In this document: in pieces, positions 53,499-63,202 of the stretch
Layout: each line of letters opens with the position of its first letter
Numbering within the stretch: the first letter of the stretch is position 1
From: an uncultured bacterium
GTDB taxonomy: Bacteria; Auribacterota; Erginobacteria; Erginobacterales; Erginobacteraceae
Assembly: GCA_963822585.1 (NCBI GenBank)
Contig: CAWGIE010000036.1
Span: 256,001-320,000, forward strand
DNA: 64,000 bases
Direction: 5' to 3'
The notes under the pieces: generated by a model
Databases searched by the model: none
Told to the model about the DNA's origin: nothing
The model's input: only the letters and a program-made list of their open reading frames with translations
Program-made: the position numbers and the translations under genes

Positions 53499-54278
53499 CT
53501 ACTGCAATACCATCACCTGTTCCAGCCGGTCGAACCGGGTGGCCGGTTCCAGATCGGCATACTGGTAGAGACCGTTCTTTTGTTCATACACGCGGATTAT
53601 GGTGCCGATAAGGAGACCGGGAGGATAAATCTGCCCGAGGCCCGAAGTGAGAACGATCTCGCCCGGGGATATCGGAGGCCGGCGCGGTATATACTTCATG
53701 ACGCATCCTCCCTCGGCGGTTCCTTCCACAATCCCGGTCTGGCGGGAACTCTGGATTAATCCCCCCACCCCGCTGGTCCGATCTATGATCAGCAATACCC
53801 GGCTCAGATGGGGAGCGACCTCCACGATTTTCCCCACCACCCCCTGGGCCGAAACCACCGCCGCCGCCCTGACCACCCCATCCGCCCCGCCTTTATCGAT
53901 CAGGACACTCTGGTTCCAATGATAGAGGTCCCGGCCGATGACACGCGCGACGACCCCGTTGTAGTGTTGTTCGCGCTTGAAATCCAGCAAAGCTCTCAGC
54001 GCTTTATTCTCATTCTCAACCTCCCTGAGTCGGATGACCTCGGCCTCCAGGGATGTGTTCCGTTCTTCCAGACGGGGGTTTATCCGGGCGGCGTGGATGA
54101 CACGGCCGATATTTTCCGCCAGAGTGCCCAGCGGCGAAAAAATGGTGCTGGCGGCGGATTGGATCGGGGAGAAGATCTCGGCGACATGGATCTTCAGAAA
54201 AGAGGAATAAGAAGGAGAAAGGCTGAGAAGAGTGATCAGGAAGAGAGCGACTGCCACCGCGACAACAATCCTCCTCAT
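53499..54278 (-). CDS. mreC: Rod shape-determining protein MreC
   Basis: EN..LR.LL, ARVIGRD, IDKG..DGV, TSGLG..YPPG. Confidence 0.93.
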   Translation of the reverse strand: MRRIVVAVAVALFLITLLSLSPSYSSFLKIHVAEIFSPIQSAASTIFSPLGTLAENIGRVIHAARINPRLEERNTSLEAEVIRLREVENENKALRALLDFKREQHYNGVVARVIGRDLYHWNQSVLIDKGGADGVVRAAAVVSAQGVVGKIVEVAPHLSRVLLIIDRTSGVGGLIQSSRQTGIVEGTAEGGCVMKYIPRRPPISPGEIVLTSGLGQIYPPGLLIGTIIRVYEQKNGLYQYADLEPATRFDRLEQVMVLQ

Positions 54279-54289
54279 GGCAACAGCCC

Positions 54290-55330
54290 CTAGAGGGTCG
54301 ACTTCTCAGCGACCACTATTCTTTTCAGGAAACGGAGTTCTTGCAGTACCTTCCCGGTTCCCAGGACGACCGCCTCGATCGGTTCGTCGGCTACGTTGAC
54401 CGGAAGCCCTGTTTCCTCGCCCAATAACTTGTCGAGACCGCGGAGGAGAGCGCCCCCCCCGGCCAGAATCATCCCCCGGTCGACCAGATCGGCCGATAAT
54501 TCGGGCGGACACCGTTCCAGACTGATACGGACGGCCTCGATGATGGTGGAGATCGGTTCCGCAAGGGCTTCCCGGACTTCCTCGGAATTGATGATCATGG
54601 TCTTGGGGAGGCCCGCCACCAGGTCCCGGCCCTTGACTTCCATGGTGAGTTCTTCCTCCAGAGGATAGGTGGAACCGATGTTGATCTTGATCATCTCCGC
54701 CATTCGGGGCCCGATCAGCAGGTTGTAGGTCCGTTTCAGGTATTGGATGATGGCTTCGTCCAGCTCATCGCCGCCCACCCTGACCGAACGGCTGAATACG
54801 ATGCCCGCCAGGGAGATAATGGCTACCTCTGAAGTACCTCCACCAATATCGACGATCATATTCCCGGCCGCTTCCTGGACCGGGAGACCGACCCCGATGG
54901 CGGCGGCCATCGGTTCTTCGATCAGGTAGACCTCCCGGGCACCGGCGTGCTCGGCGGAATCTTTGACGGCCCGTTTTTCCACCTCGGTAATACCCGAAGG
55001 AATCGCGACTACGATCCGGGGGCGAACCAGCGCCTTGCGGTTGTGAACCTTGCGGATAAAGTACCGGAGCATGCTCTCGGTAATCTCGAAGTCAGCGATC
55101 ACTCCATCCTTGAGCGGACGGATAGCCACGATACTGCCCGGGGTTCTTCCCAGCATGTTCTTCGCCTCTTCCCCCACCGCCAGAACATTATTGGTGCCTT
55201 TCTGGATTGCGACCACCGAAGGCTCATTGAGAACGATACCGCGCCCTTTGACAAAGACCAGGGTAGAGGCGGTCCCGAGATCGATACCCATGTCCGCGGA
55301 AAACATCCCCAGAAAGCGATCGAATAGCAT
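54290..55330 (-). CDS. mreB: Cell shape actin homolog MreB
   Basis: [32 protein letters not shown]. Confidence 0.97.
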   Translation of the reverse strand: MLFDRFLGMFSADMGIDLGTASTLVFVKGRGIVLNEPSVVAIQKGTNNVLAVGEEAKNMLGRTPGSIVAIRPLKDGVIADFEITESMLRYFIRKVHNRKALVRPRIVVAIPSGITEVEKRAVKDSAEHAGAREVYLIEEPMAAAIGVGLPVQEAAGNMIVDIGGGTSEVAIISLAGIVFSRSVRVGGDELDEAIIQYLKRTYNLLIGPRMAEMIKINIGSTYPLEEELTMEVKGRDLVAGLPKTMIINSEEVREALAEPISTIIEAVRISLERCPPELSADLVDRGMILAGGGALLRGLDKLLGEETGLPVNVADEPIEAVVLGTGKVLQELRFLKRIVVAEKSTL

Positions 55331-55486
55331 TGTATCCTCCTTACAATTTTCCGTCGGAAAATCTTAAACTATCTTTACATCAATAGTGTGAAATAACCCA
55401 TGATAATAGAACATATTATAATTATGGCAAGTTAAATCAGTGCCTTTTTGCGTTGCCGCTCCGGGGAATTGTGGCCTTATGCGGAA

Positions 55487-56767
55487 CTATCCCTTGATGA
55501 GAAAAGCCCTCGATTCTCCCAGCGCCCCGTCTTCGATCATGACTTCCACATATACATCTTTCTGGTGATAATCAACCTTGACGACCTTCCCATCCTGATG
55601 GAGACGGGCGACCAGGTCCGCCCGGCTTTGCGGGATGAGGAGGCGGAAACGGCTTCGCCGGGATTCCAAATGCGCATCGATCGCCTTCAGCAGATCGACA
55701 AGACCGGTCTGTTGGAGAGCTGAAATCGGGATTCCTCCCTCCAGCCGGGCGCGGGCTTCATCAATCAGGAAAGGATCCTCCACCCGGTCGGTCTTGTTAA
55801 GGGCGACGATTACCGGTTTCTCATCCGCCTTCAGTTCTCGCAGCACCGCCTCGACCGCTTTTTGACGCTCCCAGACCATCCGATGAGATATATCCAGCAC
55901 CTCTAAAAGCAGATCGGCTTCCCCGACCTCTTCGAGGGTGGCCCGGAAAGAGTCGATCAAATGGTGGGGAAGATTACGGATGAACCCGACCGTGTCGCTG
56001 AAAAGGACCGGGCGGCCGGAGGGGAGGATGGCCTTCCGGGTAATCGGATCCAGGGTGGCGAAGAGTCTGTTCTCGGCCGGGACCGAGGCCTCGGTCAGGG
56101 CGTTAAGGAGGGTCGACTTCCCGGAGTTGGTATACCCGATAATCGAGATAACGGGGATCCCGGTCTGGATACGATGTTTCCTCTGCGCCTCCCGATGGAG
56201 CCTGACTTTCTCGATCTCTTTCTCCAGGCGATGGATCCTGGTCCGGGCGATCCTCCGGTCGACTTCAACCTGTTTCTCTCCCGCGTCCCGGGTTCCCATC
56301 ATCCCTCCCTTCTGCCGGGACAGATGAGCCCATGCCCCCGTCAGGCGCGGGAGGGCATACTGGAGCTGCGCCAGTTCGATCTGAAGACGCGCTTCCCGGG
56401 TCCGGGCGCGCCGGGCGAAGATGCTCAGGATCAGTTCGGTGCGGTCGTTGACCCTGACCCCGGTCACGTCCTGGAGGTTCCTGAGCTGTACGGGGGAGAG
56501 ATCTCCGTTAAAGACCAGGACCGCGATGTTGTCCCGGCGGCAGCGGGCGGCGAGCTCTTTTGCCTTTCCGGGACCGATGTACGTGGCGGGATGAGGCCGT
56601 GTACGCCGTGAGATATCCTCACCGATTATCTCCAGGCCGGCGGTCCTGGCCAGCTGGGCGAGTTCGGTCAGCATATCTTTTATCTCCCAGCGATCGGCAC
56701 GCGGCAACTCTACCCCCAGCAGGAGAGCCCGGCGCGCCGGTTCCATCTCTTTTTTGATCTCGATCAC
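55487..56767 (-). CDS. hflX: GTPase HflX
   Basis: LIL.IFA.RA.T.EA.LQ, GYTNSGKST, LFATLD, DTVGFI, NKTD. Confidence 0.95.
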   Translation of the reverse strand: MIEIKKEMEPARRALLLGVELPRADRWEIKDMLTELAQLARTAGLEIIGEDISRRTRPHPATYIGPGKAKELAARCRRDNIAVLVFNGDLSPVQLRNLQDVTGVRVNDRTELILSIFARRARTREARLQIELAQLQYALPRLTGAWAHLSRQKGGMMGTRDAGEKQVEVDRRIARTRIHRLEKEIEKVRLHREAQRKHRIQTGIPVISIIGYTNSGKSTLLNALTEASVPAENRLFATLDPITRKAILPSGRPVLFSDTVGFIRNLPHHLIDSFRATLEEVGEADLLLEVLDISHRMVWERQKAVEAVLRELKADEKPVIVALNKTDRVEDPFLIDEARARLEGGIPISALQQTGLVDLLKAIDAHLESRRSRFRLLIPQSRADLVARLHQDGKVVKVDYHQKDVYVEVMIEDGALGESRAFLIKG

Positions 56768-56917
56768 CTTAATTTTTTCCTCTTACTTTTTTCCTCCGGA
56801 AAAAAGTAGTTTCGAACAAAGACAAAGATGAGAGGTCCAGCAACATGAAAACATATTGATTATATCAACTTATGTGGCGAAGAATTCAAATCAACCATAT
56901 ATTTTCACCCGCACTAT

Positions 56918-58270
56918 TTAAGAGAAAGAATACCATATTATTCTATCAACCACATCCTCGGGTGTGTCATCGGCGCCGATGTCAATCCATTGAATTCTTC
57001 CGTCCCTTCGCCACCAGGTCAGCTGACGTTTGGCAAAATGCCTGGTATTAGCTGCCAGGCGGCGGACGGCTTCCTCCCGGGGGTACTCGCCGTGTAAATA
57101 ACCGATTGTTTCCTTGTAACCCAGTGCCTGCCGGGCAACAGGGTTTTCTCCGACATCCAGTGCCAGGAGCCGCTTCGTCTCTTCAATCAGCCCCCCCTCA
57201 AACATCTCCTCCGCTCTGCGTTCGATCCGCGCGTAGAGGTCGGCTCGGTCCCGCCGGAGCCCGATCATCAAGTAGGCAGTGGACAGTGGGCAGTGGACAG
57301 TGGTCGGCTTCTCCCCGGATAGGAGGGCGTTCTGCCCCACCTCGTTGAACGTTGAACGTTGAGCGTTGAGCGTTGAACGTTCGTCCCGTCCCCCGGCCTC
57401 CTGCTCCCCGCGCTCGGCGATCTGCCCCACCCCGTTGAACGTTGAACGTTGAGCGTTGAACGTTGAGCGTTCGTCCTGTCCCCCGGCCTCCTGCTCTCCG
57501 TGCGCGACATTCTGCCCCTCCTCGTTGAACGTTGAACGTTGAATGTTGGACGTTGAACGTTCGTCCCCGGGTGCTCTACCTTCATCCCGCCCCGCACCCC
57601 TCTCCCCCTTCGGGGGGAGAGGGTGGACGCCGCAGCTCGGAGAGCGAAGGCGGCCGGGTGAGGGGGACGGCAACCGACCTCCGTCCGGGACATTATGCGC
57701 TATGCCCTCTGCACTATGCTCCCCTCTCCACTGTGTCTGCCATTGGGAAATGGGAATACCGGTCGCCTCGTATACTTCCAGTGCCCGGATAATTCTTTTT
57801 CGGTTATGAGGATGAATCCGGGCGGCGGCGGCCGGATCCAGCTCCTGAAGAATCCGGTGCAGGTACTCGGGCCCCTTCTCTTCTTCTTCTCTTCTCAGGT
57901 ATTCACGATAGGAATAATCGGCGGGGGGCGACTCAAAGATTCCGTCCACCAGGACCTTGAGGTACAATCCGGCCCCGCCCACCACGATCGGGATCGCCTG
58001 GCGGCTTTTGATCCCGGCGATCAGGGGAAGAGCCAGATCCCGAAACCGGGCCGCGCTGTATTGTTCGGAAGGATCGAGGATGTCGATCAGGTGGTGGGGC
58101 ACACGCGAGAGGTCCCGGGGGGACGGTTTGGCGGTGGCGATATCCAGTCCACGGTACACCTGGAAAGCATCGGCGCTGATGATCTCTCCTCCGATTCTTT
58201 CCGCCAAAAGGAGAGAGACCGCGGTTTTCCCGACCGCGGTCGGTCCCAGGATAATGAGCGTCTCATCCAA
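56918..58270 (-). CDS. miaA: tRNA dimethylallyltransferase carrying a large in-frame repeat-derived insertion
   Basis: GPTAVGKT, ISAD.FQVYRGLDI.TAKP, RIIRALEV, ALGYKE, TRHFAKRQLTW; 450 aa, well above the usual roughly 300-320 aa. Confidence 0.93.
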   Translation of the reverse strand: MDETLIILGPTAVGKTAVSLLLAERIGGEIISADAFQVYRGLDIATAKPSPRDLSRVPHHLIDILDPSEQYSAARFRDLALPLIAGIKSRQAIPIVVGGAGLYLKVLVDGIFESPPADYSYREYLRREEEEKGPEYLHRILQELDPAAAARIHPHNRKRIIRALEVYEATGIPISQWQTQWRGEHSAEGIAHNVPDGGRLPSPSPGRLRSPSCGVHPLPPKGERGAGRDEGRAPGDERSTSNIQRSTFNEEGQNVAHGEQEAGGQDERSTFNAQRSTFNGVGQIAERGEQEAGGRDERSTLNAQRSTFNEVGQNALLSGEKPTTVHCPLSTAYLMIGLRRDRADLYARIERRAEEMFEGGLIEETKRLLALDVGENPVARQALGYKETIGYLHGEYPREEAVRRLAANTRHFAKRQLTWWRRDGRIQWIDIGADDTPEDVVDRIIWYSFS

Positions 58271-58586
58271 AATGTAAACTCTTCCTCAATTGCGATTGAA
58301 CCACGAAGGACACGAAGAGCACGAAGAATACTATTCAAAGAGAGGGGAATCGGTCCGGTAAATCAATCAAGGCTTGATCCCTTTCGAGACGAAGGTTGAT
58401 ACACGATATGTCACTACAATCCGCTATATTTAAATCGCCAGTGAATATATAAACTTTTCCCGAATAGGTACGGCTTTTTCCTATATACATTTCCTTCGTG
58501 TTCTTCGTGTCCTTCGTGATTCTATTTATTTTGCGTTTTTTGTCGAGGATCCTGAGCAGAGTCGAAGGGCGTCTTTTTGTGGCTGA

Positions 58587-58859
58587 ATAAAGGGGCCGAG
58601 GCGAGGCACCTTTTGCGTTTTTTGCGCCTTTTTGCGGCTACATAAAGGGGCCGAGGCGGGGCACCTTTTGCGTTTTTTACGCCTTTTTGCGGCTACATAA
58701 AGGGGCCGAGGCGGGGCACCTTTTGCGTTTTTTGCGCCTTTTTGCGGCTACATAAAGGGGCCGAGGCGGGGCACCTTTTGCGTTTTTTGCGCCTTTTTGC
58801 GGCTGAATAAAGAGGCCGAGGCGGGGGTACTTTTCACGTTTTTACGCCTTTTTGCGGCT
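58587..58859. repeat. Tandem repeat, 5 copies of a 55-bp unit
   Basis: ataaaggggccgaggcggggcaccttttgcgttttttgcgcctttttgcggctac starting at 58587, 58642, 58697, 58752 and 58807. Confidence 0.95.
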
Positions 58860-58863
58860 TCTT

Positions 58864-60585
58864 TCACCGCCTCCCGAAACGCTTTCCCAGATCTTCCCAG
58901 GTATGGCTCACCATGGTCGGCCGACCGTGCGGGCAATGGCCGGGCTCGGCACAGGCATACAGTTCCTCGACCAGGCGGCTCAGTTCAACCGGCTCCAGGC
59001 GGTCGTGGGCCTTGACCGCGGCCTGGCAGGCCATCCGGATGATAATCTTCTCCCGGGGGTCGGCCGGGCCTTCTCCCTTCTCGTCGAGACGGCAGATCGC
59101 GTCTAAAATCAGCTCTTCCCGGTCCCCCTCGGAGAGGATAGACGGCAACGCGGTTATGATGAAAGAATCGCCGCCGAACGGTTCAATCTCGATACCAAGC
59201 TCCTTGAAGAGGGGGATATTTTCCTCCAGCAACGCTGCCTGCTCCGGGGAGAGATCGACCGCGATCGGTGCCAGGAGAGACTGGACCTTGATCCGCTCCT
59301 GCCGGAAAGCTTTCCGGAAACGTTCATAAACAACCCGCTCATGGGCGGCATGCTGGTCGATGATGGCAACTCCTTCCGGGGTCTCGACCAGCAGGTAACG
59401 GTTCCCGGCCTGCCCCAGAATCCGGCAGGGACCGGCAACACCGGCGGCGTGCCTCTCTCCTTCCGGGAGACCCGCAACGGCCCCGGCCGGGGAGAGATCG
59501 ATCTCCTTCTGCTCGCCCGGATAGGTCGGCCCGGCAGGCTCGCCCACCCCGCCGGCGGGACGGCCTTCTCCGGGGGCGGAAGAAACGCGAACCGGCGCGG
59601 CCTTCTTCAGGGCATCCGTCACGGCCCTGATCACCAGTCTTCGAACCCGGTCGGGGCGCGTGAACCTGACCTCTTTTTTGGCCGGATGAATATTTACGTC
59701 CACGCCGGTCCCGGCCAGGTCGATCGAGATCACCCCTGCCGGGTATCCGCGGCCGGGTAGGCGGACGCCGTACCCTTCCCGCACGGCGGAGGCGATCATC
59801 CGGTCCTGGATCGGACGGTTATTGATAAAAAGCGAAAGGCCCTTGCTGACAGTGGCCGCTCGGCCGGGTGAAACGATAAGACCGCGGACGACGATACCAT
59901 CTTCACTTGCCTGCAGGGGGATCAGACGATCGACCGTGTCATGCCCCCAGAGATCGCCCAACCGCGACCGCAAAGTATCTACCGCCGGCAGGAAAAACAC
60001 TTCCTCTCCTTCTCTCACGAACCGGAAAGCCACTTGCGGATTGGCCAGGGCATGGGCGATGACCTCGGCCGTAATATGCCCCATTTCAGTCCGGGGGGAC
60101 TTTAAAAATTTCAGGCGCGCGGGAGTGTTGAAGAAGAGCCGGCGCACTTCGATAACCGTCCCCGCCGGGGCGCCGGCCGCGGAGACATCCCGGATCGAGC
60201 CGGCGATAATGTGGATGCGGATCCCGGATAGGGCCCCCGCCGGCCGGGTGGTGAGCCTGACCTCAGAGACACCGGCGATACTGGGCAGGGCTTCTCCCCG
60301 GAAACCGAGTGTGGAGAGCTGTTCCAGATCGGAGAAATTTTTCAGTTTGCTGGTTGAATGCCGCTCGAAAGCCAAAAGCAGATCATCCCGCTCCATCCCG
60401 CTGCCGTCGTCCTCCACCCTGATCAGCTTCCTTCCCCCGCCCCGCACCTCTACCCCGATGTTCTTCGCTCCCGCGTCAAGAGAATTCTCCATCAATTCCC
60501 TGACCACGGAAGCGGGCCGTTCCACGACCTCTCCGGCGGCAATCTTATTGACCACCGCTTCCGGTAGTATTTTTACTCGGGCCAT
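58864..60585 (-). CDS. mutL: DNA mismatch repair protein MutL
   Basis: IAAGEVVERPASV, GFRGEAL, VDVNIHPAK, DQHAAHER, CPHGRP. Confidence 0.97.
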   Translation of the reverse strand: MARVKILPEAVVNKIAAGEVVERPASVVRELMENSLDAGAKNIGVEVRGGGRKLIRVEDDGSGMERDDLLLAFERHSTSKLKNFSDLEQLSTLGFRGEALPSIAGVSEVRLTTRPAGALSGIRIHIIAGSIRDVSAAGAPAGTVIEVRRLFFNTPARLKFLKSPRTEMGHITAEVIAHALANPQVAFRFVREGEEVFFLPAVDTLRSRLGDLWGHDTVDRLIPLQASEDGIVVRGLIVSPGRAATVSKGLSLFINNRPIQDRMIASAVREGYGVRLPGRGYPAGVISIDLAGTGVDVNIHPAKKEVRFTRPDRVRRLVIRAVTDALKKAAPVRVSSAPGEGRPAGGVGEPAGPTYPGEQKEIDLSPAGAVAGLPEGERHAAGVAGPCRILGQAGNRYLLVETPEGVAIIDQHAAHERVVYERFRKAFRQERIKVQSLLAPIAVDLSPEQAALLEENIPLFKELGIEIEPFGGDSFIITALPSILSEGDREELILDAICRLDEKGEGPADPREKIIIRMACQAAVKAHDRLEPVELSRLVEELYACAEPGHCPHGRPTMVSHTWEDLGKRFGRR

Positions 60586-60628
60586 AAAAATTCCGCTTAT
60601 AAATTAGCTCGCTGCGCTCGCAACTTTT

Positions 60629-60710
60629 GCCACCAAGACACCAAGACACCAAGAAAAAACAAATAAGGTGAGTATTTTACTCTTTTTAGTGTCTTTGTGC
60701 CTTGGTGGCA
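60629..60710. repeat. 8-mer (CACCAAGR) inverted-array element; second copy at 28686-28778
   Basis: gccaccaagacaccaagacaccaagaaaaaacaaataag ... ctttgtgccttggtggc in both copies. Confidence 0.9.
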
Positions 60711-60759
60711 TATGATTATTGAAATTTTGAAGCAGCAACTTAGCGCCTTCGGCGCATAT

Positions 60760-61353
60760 TTATTTTACCAAGCCTTCCTTTAAAACCACCGCCCAGATAT
60801 GCCGGCAGGCAAAGCCGAATTTTTTCCCTCGATAGGTGTAATCCGGTCCGCTGCACGAGGCCCCCAGGAGTGGTCCTTCCCTGACCAGCGTTACCGTGTT
60901 CTCACCCACCTCATACCGGTTATCGTCGATTTTCTTTACCTTGCCGGCATCGATCCTTCCCTTGTCGTAGCGGTCCCCTTCCTTTACCATCCCGGGTTCG
61001 ATCTCTATATACCCGTCGGGGAGCTTGAAGATTCTCCGGCCGATCGTATCGGCCTCTTTCCGGCATTCTTCGGTCTTGATCCGCATCGCATCCGGCTGCC
61101 AGTCCGGAAAATGACCGGTAATCTCATCATAAACCCCGATCGCCTCGGTGAACTTATCGTAGGCCAGTCGGTCATCTTTCCCGTAGAGCGCTTTTTTGGC
61201 TTCCCGGACCAGGAGATACGCCTTCTGGTTCAGCTCCCCCGGAGTCATTTCCGTTTCTTCTCCCGTAATCCGAGCCGGGGACATCAATGCCAGGACCCAT
61301 ACCGACACCAACAACATGCATACATTTTTCATGTCTTTCCTCCCCCCAATCAT
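60760..61353 (-). CDS. Hypothetical secreted protein: 'PDWQP' helical domain plus degenerate SWIM-like C-terminus
   Basis: Signal-like N-terminus; C-terminal ASCSGPD...ACRHIWAV. Confidence 0.7.
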   Translation of the reverse strand: MIGGRKDMKNVCMLLVSVWVLALMSPARITGEETEMTPGELNQKAYLLVREAKKALYGKDDRLAYDKFTEAIGVYDEITGHFPDWQPDAMRIKTEECRKEADTIGRRIFKLPDGYIEIEPGMVKEGDRYDKGRIDAGKVKKIDDNRYEVGENTVTLVREGPLLGASCSGPDYTYRGKKFGFACRHIWAVVLKEGLVK

Positions 61354-61390
61354 AAATAGTCCATTTAATGTAATATCGAAGATGCTTCAC

Positions 61391-61436
61391 ATAAATTATT
61401 TCCCGTGCCGTCTTGCCGGCACGGGAAATAATTTAT
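61391..61436. terminator. 20-bp-arm hairpin overlapping the comM stop codon (possible terminator)
   Basis: ataaattatttcccgtgccg-tcttgc-cggcacgggaaataatttat. Confidence 0.55.
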
Positions 61437-62965
61437 AACCAGAGCTTCCGGTCAAGGACACGGTATTGGATCGCCTCCGAAACGTGGGCCGGCTGCAAAT
61501 CTTCTTCCCCCGCCAGATCGGCGATGGTCCGGGAGACTTTGAGGATTCTATCGTAGGCGCGGGCGGAGAGGCCCATCTCATCCATCGCGGTCTCCAAAAG
61601 TTCCCTCCCCGTCCGGGAGAGACGGGAAAACTTTCGGAGAGAGGACGATTCCATGTCGGCATTGCAGTAGATGCCCGTCCCTCGGAAGCGATTCTGCTGA
61701 ATGGCACGTGCTTTCCCTACCCGTCGACGAATCGATTCCGAGTTGGCAGCTGGTTCCCCTCCGGAAAGATCCCGGTAATCCACCGCTCCCACCTCGACAT
61801 GAATATCGATCCTGTCGAGCAGGGGTCCTGATATCTTGGCCATGTATTTCTGGATCTGCCCCGGCGTACATCGACATTGCCGCCGGGGATCCGTGTAATA
61901 GCCGCAGGGACACGGGTTCATCGCCGCTACCAGCATAAAACGGGCGGGGAAGGTAAGCGAACCGGTAGCCCGGGAGATCGTCACTTCCCCGTTTTCGATC
62001 GGCTGGCGAAGGACTTCCAGGACGTTGCGATGAAACTCGGGCAGTTCATCCAGGAAGAGAACCCCGTTATGGGCCAGGCTGACTTCCCCGGGCTTGATCT
62101 TCGCTCCTCCTCCTATTAAAGCGATGTCACTGATGGTATGGTGCGGACTCCGGACCGGACGGGTGGCGAGCAGGGCGGCGCCTTTTCCGAGCAGCCCCAC
62201 CGAACTGTGGATCCTCGTCGTCTCCAGAGCCTCCTCCAGCGACATCACCGGCAGGATGGTCGGGATCCGCTTGGCCAGCATGGATTTCCCGGCCCCGGGA
62301 GGGCCGATCATGATCAGGTTGTGTCCTCCGGCCACGGCCACCTCGATGGCGCGTTTGACATCCTGCTGCCCCTTGACGTCGGAAAAATCGATCGGGTATC
62401 CGCTGGATTCCTTGAAGATCTCGTTCAGGTCGATCCGGACCTGAGGGAGATCGATCTCACCGGACAGATACTTGACCGCCTGGGAAAGGTTTTTCACCGC
62501 CCTCACCTCCAACCCCTGAACGATGGCGGCTTCCCGGGCGTTATCCGCCGGCACCAGAAGCGAGCTCGCCCCCCACCCTCGGGCCGCCATGGCGATCGAG
62601 AGAATCCCGTTAACCGGCCGGATGGCCCCGTTCAGAGCCAGTTCCCCCAGTATGACATTACCGGGAAGACCGGCAGCGGGCATCTGGCCGCTGGCGGCCA
62701 GGACCCCCAGAGCGATCGGGAGATCGAAACTGGGACCTTCCTTTTTGACGTCGGCGGGAGCCAGATTGACGGTGATCTTGTCGTCGGGATACTCGAACCC
62801 GGAGTTATTGAGCGCCGTCCGGACCCGGTCCTTGCTCTCTTTCACCGCCGCGTCCGGAAGCCCCACCACCACCTCCACGGGTAGCCCCCCGCTCACGTCC
62901 ACCTCGATCTCGATCGGATAGGCGTCTATTCCCAGCAGTCCCGCCGAGAAAACCTTGGCCAGCAT
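61433..62965 (-). CDS. comM: YifB/ComM family Mg-chelatase-like AAA+ ATPase
   Basis: [58 protein letters not shown]. Confidence 0.95.
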   Translation of the reverse strand: MLAKVFSAGLLGIDAYPIEIEVDVSGGLPVEVVVGLPDAAVKESKDRVRTALNNSGFEYPDDKITVNLAPADVKKEGPSFDLPIALGVLAASGQMPAAGLPGNVILGELALNGAIRPVNGILSIAMAARGWGASSLLVPADNAREAAIVQGLEVRAVKNLSQAVKYLSGEIDLPQVRIDLNEIFKESSGYPIDFSDVKGQQDVKRAIEVAVAGGHNLIMIGPPGAGKSMLAKRIPTILPVMSLEEALETTRIHSSVGLLGKGAALLATRPVRSPHHTISDIALIGGGAKIKPGEVSLAHNGVLFLDELPEFHRNVLEVLRQPIENGEVTISRATGSLTFPARFMLVAAMNPCPCGYYTDPRRQCRCTPGQIQKYMAKISGPLLDRIDIHVEVGAVDYRDLSGGEPAANSESIRRRVGKARAIQQNRFRGTGIYCNADMESSSLRKFSRLSRTGRELLETAMDEMGLSARAYDRILKVSRTIADLAGEEDLQPAHVSEAIQYRVLDRKLWL

Positions 62966-63202
62966 TTTAAATTATTTCTCCGAAATAATTTAGTTCTCCC
63001 CGATTCAATCAATCGGGGAGCGATCATTTCTCATCTCGAAACTTCTACCCTGTCAATTCCTTATTAACCAAGAATAACAATTCCTTTTGTATCGAACAAT
63101 AATTTATTAATGTTCTCTCCATGGCCGCGGTAAAAAGGTGTTGTGTTTCCCTCTCCCCCCCATGTTATACGCCCATACCGGCTAACCTCCGGGCCATTCC
63201 TG

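Noticed and set aside
57272..57718. Intein or self-splicing intron in miaA
   Set aside because: There is no C/S start with HN-C/S/T end and no group I/II hallmark. The insert is low-complexity repeat DNA.
58587..58859. CRISPR array
   Set aside because: Units are near-identical over the full 55 bp with no unique spacers, and there are no cas genes in the window.
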